A program made the position numbers and the translations under genes. DNA of 64,000 nucleotides from Botryllus schlosseri (Eukaryota): contig CM119384.1 in assembly GCA_051294905.1 (NCBI GenBank), forward strand, positions 17,608,001-17,672,000, given 5' to 3'. Positions within the stretch are counted from its first letter, which is position 1; the number at the start of each line of letters is the position of its first letter. Shown here piece after piece: positions 53,648 to 64,000 of this stretch. The notes beneath the pieces are model-generated. The model made no database searches, was not told where the DNA came from, and was given only the letters and a program-made list of their open reading frames with translations.

Positions 53648-54651
53648 CAGGCGCGTAGCCAGGGGGTCAGGGGTCAAACCCCCTTTTTGAAACGCGAAAC
53701 TCCGCTCTTTTGGAAATGAACATTATGACACTAATATTCAGTTGCAATTCAAGAAGTCAGTGTTTCGTGCGGCCAATTAGCGAGAAGCGTGCTGCTAATT
53801 AGCGAGTTTCGTCTCTGAACAATGTAACACGACGCGATCACCCGCAGAGATGATCGAGAAACTAAGTCATTGATTGCCACGCGCGCGGCATCGTCGCTGG
53901 TCTGATTTATCGCGTCTCCAACAAACCTAGTTCCACTGGCTTGAAGAATCGCATCTGCAATCAGCCGGTGCGCATTATACCATCATTGACCTACACAATT
54001 GCATTTGCATTGGTCTGGTGCGCACGATGTCATCGCTGGCCTACACAATCGCATCTGTAATAGACCTGGTACGAAAGATATCATCGCTGACCTAACTATC
54101 GCGTCTCGGGCCTAGCATGCTGTGGCTTGCTATGGCTTGGAGACCATGCCGTTAAGTGTATGATGATTAGCGATTGCGATTGAAGAGGGACATCGCGAAA
54201 CTGAATGGCATCAAATGTCCGCAAACAAGTACGTGCGTAATGGATTTTCGATAATACTTGTTAACATATAACCATCAGAAGGTTTGTGTCAAGGCTTGAT
54301 TTATTAAAGATGAGAAACGTATGAACCACCTGTAATCCGTGTCATTATAGAGCAGATTCCATAACAACTCGGACACTTGGACTTGCGCAAATCGTCTCCG
54401 AGGTAACGGAGCACGCGTCGATAACCTAACCAGTAACCACGCGTATATTTAATTATTCATGAGAGATCAGGGACTCGCTAATTGACAGCACTTCCGGACT
54501 CGTTGACAAGCTTATCAAACGTGTAAGTTCGACAGCGCGATGATATTGTATAATCGGCATTTACGCATGTACGTAACCCTAATGAATTGATGCTATACAA
54601 GTAAATTTGAAAAAAATCGACCCCCTTATTTTTCGGCTGGCTACGCGCCTG
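53648..54651. mobile_element. TIR element, copy 2 (uninterrupted) of the family at 10286-11820
   Basis: TIR caggcgcgtagccag ... ctggctacgcgcctg; degenerate 8-bp TSD gtgatagg/gtgacggg. Confidence 0.82.
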
Positions 54652-54930
54652 GTGACGGGCATGGCATTTTAACATATCTAACCCAACCACAGAATGAAAC
54701 ATGCCACTAGTCACCTGTATGATAAGTTGGTCACAACTGACATCTAAAGTCTAGTTCTCTGAGAATTTGTAAAATATGTGAATAATACTAAAAATTCAGA
54801 ACAAATTTTAGTTGATGTTGATCCCCAACCATCAACTGTCGTCAGACTGTTGGTTCATACACAGAGTTTACGGTCCGAGTTTATTTATTACTGACACTTA
54901 TTCAGGTATGATATGACTTTTCAATCACAG

Positions 54931-55038
54931 AGACTTGTAGCCCTACATCATGCTTAAATGGTGGCACATGTATTCCTGGGATGGAAAGATACTCTTGTTT
55001 GTGTGCAGACGGATTTGCAGGTCATAGGTGTAAGGCAG
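54931..55038 (+). CDS. EGF-like domain 4
   Basis: ETCSPTSCLNGGTCIPGMERYSCLCADGFAGHRCKA; 108 nt, phase 1-1 (read manually). Confidence 0.92.
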
Positions 55039-55084
55039 GTACGTGCAATGCAAGTGTATGTGTAAAGTAAGCCGACAGTAGGGC

Positions 55085-55490
55085 TCTTCAAAAATGACTT
55101 TTTTTCTCAAATCGTTCTGGCTACTTGATAAAATTGTTAGGTTACCTAATTTAGGCCTACACACCAAATTTGGTTCAATTCCAACCAGTAGCCGCATTGC
55201 TACAGAAGAAGAAAGTTTCTATTTATTATATAAAAATAAATAGCATAAAATTTGAAAATTTTCTGTTCACCCCATGAAAGTGTTAGGTTGTGTATAGAAA
55301 CGATGCTCACCAAATTTGGTTCAATTTCAACCAGTGGAAGCGGAGTTATGGCCGTCGAAAAATTTGGATTATGAATAAAATAGTATTTACGGTGACCAAT
55401 TCTTTACTTATTTATTATAGTGGTGCCACCGTAAATACTATTTTATTAAAATCCAAATCCAAGATATTGAGCGTCGAAATGCCCTAAGAT
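55085..55490. repeat. Dispersed repeat homologous to about 59440-59760
   Basis: Shared blocks tcaaaaatga...ggctact...aaaattgttag...aaatttgg(t/c)tcaatt(c/t)caac occur in both places, each with an internal duplication. Confidence 0.55.
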
Positions 55491-56573
55491 GGCATAATAG
55501 CACACTAAAACAGTGGTTCTCAATCGCTGCTGCCGGTCCGTGGCAAGCTTCCTGCCGGTCCGCCAAATATATTAGAATTTCCTGTCTCAATTCTAAAACG
55601 CAAGAAGTTGGACGTCCGGTAATAAGATAAATTAAACAGCAACTTGATGATGATTAATTTAGAAGTTTAGAACGTAATTTCCGCATGGTGTCGTAATAGG
55701 CAATTCATGGTATACTTTGAGCGTACGTGAAAAAACTTCGGTAAATTCCGACAGTGCGATTAAGCGTGATATACAGATTATCTAATTATTACTATGCGGC
55801 TCACGGCCCGCAGCCGCAATATTCATAACCATGATCAGCAGTTTTTTTTATTTTCCTCCTCTCAAGACGTTGTACCATGCAATACACACGACAGAATGCA
55901 ATGTAGTAGTGCACAGATGACGATAACGGGTGGGTAACGAGTGGACAATGGACATCTGTATATGGTTCCCATATTCTGACGAAGAAAAAAGGTTGTAACT
56001 TTTTCTCGACTACCTGGAAACCGCTTTTTTACGATACATTTGTGGTGCTGACTAAAACAATGGGTCATCAGTTCGACTCGACCTCCGCTTTTCCCGATTT
56101 TTACGAAACTTTGTCGTACGCTGTCATACGCTGCGTCGCGGTCGAGTTTTTAATGCCATTTTCATACTTTTTCTACAAATAGAAGACATTCAGGTGCCCT
56201 CCGAGTACACTTTCAATTTATTGGAAAAACAGGACAAAACCTCTGAAAAGAGGACGTATGCTAACCCTACATATATGTAGGATTTAGTGAAGAGACGAGG
56301 GAACATGGGAACAATGACCATGACCTGTTTATCAATTTAACATTGACCTCAGATGTCGCAGGCTAAATTAGCTATTTCTTGTCCGCAATTCAGGACTCAA
56401 TATTGAACTATAACAGTCAATTGAGAATCAGTTTATGCTCAGCAACTTCAGTTTCAATCTATTACTATCAAACATCACCAATACACTACTCGTGCTATTG
56501 TAGGACATACATACAAGCATCGCTGTGAACCTTCATAATAATAATATAATGCGATACTATTATTATTTCACAG

Positions 56574-56738
56574 ATATCAAAACACCATGCATGACTGGCT
56601 GGCTCAAGTTTGAGGGATATTGCTATCAAGGGCAAAGAGACAAGCTTCCATGGTTAGAAGCTGAGCAATATTGCAACGATCGCTACAATGCAACGCTACC
56701 CAGTGTCAACTCGATACACGAAAATAGATTCCTTAACC
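56574..56738 (+). CDS. C-type lectin domain 2, exon a
   Basis: DIKTPCMTGWLKFEGYCYQGQRDKLPWLEAEQYCNDRYNATLPSVNSIHENRFLN; phase 1-1. Confidence 0.92.
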
Positions 56739-56792
56739 GTGAGTGACACTCTCGACGTTCTAAAAGTCACATTCAACTGATTAAAATTTCAG

Positions 56793-56866
56793 GTTTCGGC
56801 AATAACTTTCAATGGCTCGGTTTGTCTCAATTGCAAAGACGGCGATGGACGGATGGTTCCCCTGTA
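56793..56866 (+). CDS. C-type lectin domain 2, exon b (WLGL motif)
   Basis: RFGNNFQWLGLSQLQRRRWTDGSPV; 54-nt intron upstream; donor GTA|gtatgt (phase 0). Confidence 0.88.
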
Positions 56867-57419
56867 GTATGTATAACAGCCTCTTTATAATAATGTTCTA
56901 ATATTATTTTCCATAAAAGGTGGTAGCCTACTGTGAATATGTAGTGAGCTCCAAGTGGGTGTCATACATTTCCAAACAGATTACAGTAACTTATAGTAAA
57001 TACAGGAGGACATGAATAATTAAAAAGAAGTCAAATGAATAACTATATGAAGAATTTGTAGGGATATGTCTTAACCACGTTTTAATCGTATCAGTAGAAT
57101 TCGACTACAGTTAGAACTAAGCGGTAGGAATCCGTTGACCGTGACCGATGTAGGACCACTAATAGCATTATAAAAAGGAAAGGAATCCTGTCACAGCTCG
57201 TGTTCGTATTTGCAGTTGTTATTTTGTGTAAAATCAATTTGTTCACTTGCATTAAAAGAAAATACAAATGGGGCTACTCCATCATCCAAGATCCTATCTG
57301 TAAATTGGAGATATTAAATCCAATGCCCCCCTAAAATGGAGGCAGAAACAATCCACTTTTCCAACTCAAATAGAGGATGCTAATATGAGTATTAGGGCGG
57401 ATCACTAAAGCTACTAGAG

Positions 57420-58133
57420 CAGGGGTGTAAAACATAAGGCCCGCGGGCCGCATCCGGCCCGCCAGACGATTTCGTTCGGCCCGCGAAGTAATTCTGACTA
57501 GATTGAAAAATTATTTTATCCAACACATTTGTAAAAAATATTGAAATTTTCTGCAGTAAATACTTTCATAAAGTAATCCCTCAAGACAGCAAATGTAGAG
57601 CAGTTTCAATTGTTCATAGGTCACATTATAACCAACCGACTATGGCGTTGTGATTTCACTCTATAATTCGAAAAAGCAAAAAGTGCACACCGAGTTCAGA
57701 GTTTTATTGAAAAAGGACTCTGAAGTAGTTATTCACAGAAGCGAAAACGCCAATGTGGAACAGGTATATGCAGTTTACATGGAAAGTATATTATTTATTA
57801 CACAAAAATACAATTCAAATATCTCTGATCGCACTGCTGTGTCGTTTCCACCCTATCGGTCCCCGAACTCGAGATTAGGTTAGTAACCTGTGATTCATTC
57901 TGACCGTAATCGTATTTTTGCCAGTTTGATTGTTCGCGAATAAGGGTATTGCAACAAGCTATAATAAAACCCCTATGAGCTGTGTATTTTTTCTCTATAT
58001 AAGCTTGATAATGAAGAATTCAAGTGAAAATCAAGGCCATACTGGTAACATTTTGGAATGAGTTGAATGGTCCGCTCCGCGACGGATTTGAAGGCTTGAA
58101 TATGGCCCGCAACGCAATTTGAGTTTGACCCTG
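57420..58133. mobile_element. Non-autonomous hAT (Buster-type) MITE
   Basis: Ends caggggtgtaaaac ... gagtttgaccctg, ggcccgc subterminal motifs; perfect TSD tactagag. Confidence 0.85.
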
Positions 58134-58198
58134 TACTAGAGTAGACTTTCTTCATAATACCTGTTGCAAAGGGATACTGATTTTACTCTGTAATACAG

Positions 58199-58325
58199 AC
58201 TTTCAGAAACTGGAAAAAGTCAAACCCTACGGATGGTTGTACGCTTATGTCATCCTCACAAAGCGGGATGTGGAACACAGTGAAATGTTTCCAAAGGGTT
58301 GGATTCATTTGTAAAGTCGCACCTG
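58199..58325 (+). CDS. C-type lectin domain 2, exon c
   Basis: TFRNWKKSNPTDGCTLMSSSQSGMWNTVKCFQRVGFICKVAP; phase 0-1. Confidence 0.9.
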
Positions 58326-58383
58326 GTAATATGACCATTATCCTTATGAAATCAGACTTATGCCAATTTTGCTTGCTCCTCAG

Positions 58384-58560
58384 TTGGTTGCAGAAAATTG
58401 CCGGCTGTATCGTTCGCTCGAGTACACAATCTGAGAGAAGTGTACAGTCTTGGGGAAATTGCACAATATTCCTGCCAGAGTGGCTACAAACCAACCAGTC
58501 AAACTATAGTAGAATGCTTGTCAAGCGGACTATTTTCGGAGCCTGATTTCCAATGTGTTG
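58384..58560 (+). CDS. CCP/sushi domain 1
   Basis: GCRKLPAVSFARVHNLREVYSLGEIAQYSCQSGYKPTSQTIVECLSSGLFSEPDFQCV; 177 nt, phase 1-1 (read manually). Confidence 0.9.
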
Positions 58561-58673
58561 GTAAGTTTTAGAGGATTTAGTATGTGTGTGTGATAATGCT
58601 GATTGTGATAGGCGTAATTTGTTTATTTACCTTGCATCGGTACATATGCGACAACAATATTAGCACTATGTAC

Positions 58674-60623
58674 CAGGGCTGTAACCAAGTCACATGGTTC
58701 CGAGACACGAGTCAATCTTACTTTTGTGGTTTTGACTCGAGTCAAGTTGAGTCATTTTCAATTAATCACCGAGTCGAGTCCGAGTCCAAGTCACCGTTTT
58801 AAAGGTCAAGTCCGAGTCATTGTGTTATGACTCGAGTCCGAGTCCAAGTCACAGTATTGAAGTCATGTTCAACTTATGTTTTCAATCCTGCTTGGGTGAT
58901 ATCGAATTCCCTGCTTGCCAAACATGCTTATTTTGTCCCTATCATAGTCTTGGCACATGTTTATTTAGCCAGATTACGGACAGTTCCTGGCCTCATTTAC
59001 CGATGCTACAGATAGACGAGACAGGCCGCCAATATGATAGCTTTACTAATCTTAGAACTTTAAATCAAATATCTGTCTTTTCAGTATGATATATCACAAA
59101 TACAAGCATTCAGTTTTTATTACGAGCACATCGACGACCGCTCACAAATAGCTTATAGAGAATTAATGAATTCACGTCTACATACTATCTGATAGAGAAC
59201 CAACGAATTCACGTCTACATACTATTTGATAGAGAACCAACGAATTCACGTCTAGATACAAGCTGGTAGAGAATCAACGGATAAACGTTAAGTAGAGGTG
59301 CATTTTTGCTTTCACATTATCAGGTGGTTGACCAGAAAAACGTCAACTTTCCTGCTCAGCTCCCGAAATAGTCGCCAGAGCGTTACTTTAGTGCTGATTT
59401 ACTGTTATCTTAGTCGAATTCGCCCTACATTTACCAAAAATTCTCAAAAATGAGGACAAAATCTCTAGAAGGAGGCTACTTCTTAAAATTGTTAGATTAT
59501 CTAAAAGAACTTAAATTTGGCTCAATTCTAACCAGTAGAAAGCAATGCCAAGAGAAAATATTTCGGATTAATTACAAATTGAGACTTTCGAATTTTACCG
59601 GCTACCTCATGATATTGTTAGATTGTGTAAAAATATGATTCATAGCAAATTTGGCTCAATTCCAACTAGAAGAAGCGAAGTTATTATAGTGGAATATTTT
59701 GGATATGAAAAAATAGTCGACTTACTAGTATGTAATTATATTATATGAAATCCAAAATTTTCTCCTCTCGTATCATTGATTCTACTTTTTATATAATTAA
59801 GCCAGATTCAGTGTTCTTTTTATGCAACGTAACAATTTTATCAAGTAGCCACCCAGTAGAATAAACAAGAAGTTATTTTTGATCAGCCCTATTGTACAAA
59901 CATCACACAACATTAGCCATTCAATATTACTCACGTGCACAATGCACATACCTAACAAAACGTCAAATGGACGGAGGGTATTGTGTGTTTTCACAGACAG
60001 CAGATCAAATCAGTGAGTTAAACTTCAAAAATACTAAAGTGGAGATCCTCAGATATGTTAAAGCGGCATGTCCTTAGAATAATCCACATCCACTGGATAC
60101 AAGTTCCACTGGTGCATTCTACACATGAGCGAATCAGCCTCTTCCAAGTAGGCTACTTGACCATCTGAGTCATTTCATTGCCTCTAATTAAACTTTGCTT
60201 CGATTGTTTGCTTGTATAATTGATAAGTCTTGAGTACTATGATGGCGTAGGATCTATTACCTCTTTATCACTGGATGATTTTGTACAATGCACTGCTACT
60301 ATGTACCATTGTCTTTTGTTTTTACGGCGGCATATCTGATATAACACGAGTGCAACGAAAGCAGTGGTGACAAATAGCGATGTCGCCAGAATTCGTCACA
60401 TGCGTTGATCTAACCATTGTGATTCGCAAATTTCTTCACCTGCAAGTCATATAAAATAAGCCAAGTCAATGACTTGAGTCGAGTCATGCGTAATGACTCG
60501 AGTACAAGTCGAGTCAATCCAAATATTGACTCGAGTCGAGTCGAGTCATTTTCCCATTTCAAGAAAATGACTCGAGTCAAGTCGAGTCACAAAAAAATCG
60601 AGACTCGAGTCATTACAACCCTG
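58674..60623. mobile_element. Non-autonomous hAT-type element with gactcgagtc subterminal arrays
   Basis: TIR cagggctgtaa ... ttacaaccctg; perfect TSD ctatgtac; dense gactcgagtc arrays at both ends. Confidence 0.88.
59165..59280. repeat. 37-bp minisatellite, about 3 copies, inside the 58674-60623 element
   Basis: aa(c/t)gaattcacgtctacatactat(c/t)tgatagagaacc starts at 59165, 59202 and 59239. Confidence 0.8.
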
Positions 60624-61766
60624 CTATGTACCTTGTTTTAAATGATATTGTGAACTCTCATCGCTGTACGCAACTTAACAGTGAACATCGTATTCTGTTT
60701 ATCCAACTCGCATAGGTACATATGCGACATCTATAGTGTAGCACCGTTTACCTTATTTTAAATCAGTGGTTCTCAACCGAGGGTCCGCGAAGCATTTTCA
60801 GGGAGTTCGCGAAGCCTCTGAATTTACAAAATAGTTGATAACCTAATTCACGAGGCAGTTTCGCTTCATTTCTAGTAGAACTCACATCAACAGAATGGCC
60901 GTCTGAGATGAAATATCCTGCTGTGCAGACTAATTTTTGATGCTAAATTGCCAATAGTGATACTGATAAACTGATACAAATATTTTGCTGTATAGAGATT
61001 TTTTGTTAGGGACTATGTAAAAAGTAAATAATTGGATTAGTAAAGTCAATCACGGTGACTTCGAAATATTTACAAAAATCCATTCTCTCCTGTGATTTAG
61101 GCATACATAATAATTTTTCGATAATAACGTCAAGATGAGCTGCTAGGTAGAAATGAACAGGCTTGTCGTTATATGTTCAATAAAAAGTTGATTGTCAATT
61201 TTGGTGTCATAATTGTTGCGATCATACCCAAATGTGTCGTCGGTAGCGTTACGCGTCATTATTACATTCGACACCACATTTCTTTGTCTGAGTCGGTTTT
61301 CAGCACTCGTTGATATGAAATAGAAGGTACGGATTTTCAAGACACGACCACGCATTTCAAGAAATGCAGTTGCAGAATTCGCTTTGAAATGATAAAAGTC
61401 AACCCAATTTCTACATAAATAGTATGATGCTATTTTCAAGGAAAGTCATTTTGTTGCTGTTTATCACTATCCTTACAGTTATCATTTACACAAGACAGTT
61501 GTGCTTCGTTACCGACCACCTCTGGGAAATGTAGTCTGCGATTGCTAAAGAAGCCTTTTCAAACTTTTCAGCCCTCCATGCCTACTCCCACCTGAAATAG
61601 ATCTCACAGGCCTTGGAACTCACTACTTCTTGTAATTTATACTTTTACTTCTACTTGTGTACCAACACTTACTACTTTGACGATCCCTGGATATTTGCCA
61701 GTCTTTCAATGTGCATCAGTTTTGCTGGGATTTTAAAAGTATATAATGTCACATTGTCACATACAG

Positions 61767-61940
61767 GAACGTGCCCTTCACCCCCGAACGTGCGGAATGC
61801 AATCAGCCCGCTCTTGTCGGAGTATTCTGTTTCGGACACCATTAAATATGCCTGCAACTCCGGTTACAGACTAGAAGGAGATGCATTCATACGGTGTAAT
61901 CCGGATTTGACGTGGACACAGCCGCAGTTTAGATGCGCAG
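61767..61940 (+). CDS. CCP/sushi domain 2
   Basis: TCPSPPNVRNAISPLLSEYSVSDTIKYACNSGYRLEGDAFIRCNPDLTWTQPQFRCA; 174 nt, phase 1-1. Confidence 0.93.
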
Positions 61941-62720
61941 GTATGTTTGACAATCGTGACCTGAGGTGGTCAGTTACAAAATACGTCTCCTTTTAGAAGA
62001 CAAGTGGATTATGTCTATTCAAACTGCTTGTCCATCTGTATACGTTTTTCGACTACTTTTGAAACCCGACTGCTTACTTTTTTCTTTTCGATTTTGTCAC
62101 GCCAAAAGAGTATTTGATTAGATTCGCTTCTATATTTCTTGAGTGAAATTGATATGGCAACTAGACGATGCAGACCCAATATCCCGATACCAGGTTACTG
62201 CACCTATTTGTATCTCATTACTCATTCTTCGCTGGCCTCGAAGATGCATTTGGCAATTCACACTGACACTGTCACTGACTTTGTCGATTAAATAACGAAA
62301 GTCTGCGACTAGTATGGAATCTACCTGCTTGACTATTTTGTTTGCTTGTTTTTTCCATCCAAATTATATTTTTCATGTCTCAAAACCGATACTTTTTCTT
62401 GTAATTGAGCAGGAATTTACCACATTTAGAGAGAGAGAGAGACAGCCTTTATTTTCATCCAGCCAAAATACATAACAAACAGACAGCATTGATGGTGCTA
62501 CAGAAAATATGCATGCACATGCACAGTATTCGGTATCAGATAAGAATGATCGATACGATCGTGAAGGTCAACTAGTCTGATCACGCCCGCATCAAACAGA
62601 TACACTTGTCTCTACACTTGTCCGCATTACTTCTACCTGTATTGTGTAGCAACAAAGACTACTTTTGTCCGCCTCTGATGGTGACATGGTGGATTTATAA
62701 TTGGCACCGCTATTTTGCAG

Positions 62721-62897
62721 CTCTATGGTGCTATGATCCTCCGAAGGTAGCGGGCGCGTCATGGTCCGGTCGCAGAACGAGAGTCAGACTACCAGTCGGA
62801 AGTTATCTTCGTTATATTTGTAAAAGCGGAAGTGGTGAATACAAGCTCCAGTGTGGATCTGATGGAAGATTTGAAACTCCAAATTTCAGCTGTGGAG
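62721..62897 (+). CDS. CCP/sushi domain 3
   Basis: LWCYDPPKVAGASWSGRRTRVRLPVGSYLRYICKSGSGEYKLQCGSDGRFETPNFSCG; 177 nt. It ends in donor G|gtatgc, so the gene continues. Confidence 0.88.
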
Positions 62898-64000
62898 GTA
62901 TGCAGAGGCGTAGCAGCCACTAAGCGCATATGGCTCTGCGCCATGGGCGGCAGGCCGGTAGGGGGTGGCAAAATGGGAGGTGAATACCTTATGCGATTAT
63001 AACACATCGTGTTACGTTGCAAGCGGTTACAAGGCTGTCCAGAGTAGTGTAGGGAAGGGGGCAAAAGGGTCGCAAAGCCAAATATTTTTTAATTAGTCAC
63101 GAATTGATACCTTTAATTTCCTTATCATTAAAGATGAGAATTACTGACATGAAACCGCTATGCAGAATACAGGATGTAGCCTACATTGTCTATATTAACG
63201 GTTAACGGTGATCAATGATATGACAAATACCAAAACAAACATCATATATATTGTGTCGTCACTATTAAATACATTGTAATTCCGGGTACGCGTTATCGGA
63301 TTGAAAAGATTGTCAGCCGTTTCTATCACTAAATTCAATATAATCAGCAGGTTTTGTTGCAAATAGTAATTAAAAGTAACTAGTAATGCCACACGGTTCA
63401 CTGATCTCATAATATTTCATGAGACCGTTCTATAGAACCGGCTGAATTCAACCACTGGTATACGGTCAATTTGGGCAAAAAAGTTTCGCATTCCCGCTTG
63501 ACTTTTTTCCTCTAACTGTCCAATACAGAATGTTTTCGCAATCGTTGAATTCGAGATGCAGTAGTAAGTAGGCACAAGCTATCACAAATTGTTTGGACAA
63601 TATCAAACTTGATAGTCTGATACCCCGCGATGTTACTATGTGTACTGTTGAGTTTAATGTTTGAATTTCGATGTAGTAACTATCGGCGGTGTGTTGTGGA
63701 CTGAGAGGATGAAGTACCAATACTTTTTGAAGTGCTCAAGTATGTTATGACTGGGGCGGATTTTTTTTGTTGACATGTCAAAATTTATCAAAGTTGTCAA
63801 AATTGTAGCGTTAGGTCAAAATTTGTCAAAATTATTCATGAAGTCAAATTTTTTTTGACATCTTCATTTCGTTTGTATCGTAGATTTTGCACTGTCGGGT
63901 GAACTTATCGTTTGATATTTTACAGTTTGTAGCCTACTTTATAGGCCTACCGTTGTAAACGATTATTGGTCTGCTCATTGTGAATCACAAACGGTCAAAC

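Larger units (their letters stand above)
3932..62897 (+). other. Multi-exon gene (partial at both ends): giant lectican-like (versican/aggrecan-like) proteoglycan, IgV x4 - Ser/Thr/SG-rich GAG region - CTL - EGF x4 - CTL - CCP x3+
   Basis: 25 exons joined by hand with GT..AG boundaries. Phases are compatible at every junction, giving one continuous frame of about 10,000 codons with recognisable Ig V-set, C-type lectin, EGF and CCP cysteine patterns. ATG/signal exon and terminal exon not located. Confidence 0.9.

Noticed and set aside
55508-55570. hAT-like left TIR cagtggttctcaa (also at about 60764 and a caagggtgggcaac end at 16660)
   Set aside because: Matching right TIR and TSD were not found, so element boundaries cannot be supported.
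58820-59089. ORFs with VRVQV/SPSPS periodicity
   Set aside because: These are translations of the gactcgagtc subterminal repeat array of the hAT element.
59165-59280. 37-bp direct repeats considered as CRISPR-like
   Set aside because: The repeats are head-to-tail with no unique spacers, the context is a eukaryotic intron and there are no cas genes; this is a minisatellite.

Overview
AT-rich animal genomic DNA. The 54-75 nt minimal introns and hAT MITE-filled long introns suggest an invertebrate chordate such as an ascidian (inference). The window is dominated by one multi-exon + strand gene. I reconstructed 25 coding exons (3932-62897, about 30,027 nt, about 10,000 codons), all with GT-AG boundaries and compatible phases. 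Domain order: 4 lectican/link-protein-type V-set Ig domains, a giant Ser/Thr/acidic region with repeated DDELSGSG-type glycosaminoglycan (GAG) attachment motifs, C-type lectin, EGF, cbEGF, EGF, EGF, C-type lectin, then at least 3 CCP/sushi domains. This resembles a giant versican/aggrecan-like (lectican-like) proteoglycan with no Link modules. The first exon (ATG/signal peptide) and the last exon were not identified. The central region is a single 24,999-nt phase 1-1 exon with 870/897-nt tandem repeats. A Buster-type hAT element (45386-46654) appears to have inserted into the originally longer exon and seems to be spliced out together with 103 host codons, one of which is now a stop. Introns carry at least 10 hAT-type non-autonomous elements with 8-bp TSDs, a non-LTR retrotransposon fragment, a Chapaev-like transposase fragment and short tandem repeats. 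No tRNA, rRNA or CRISPR features were seen.
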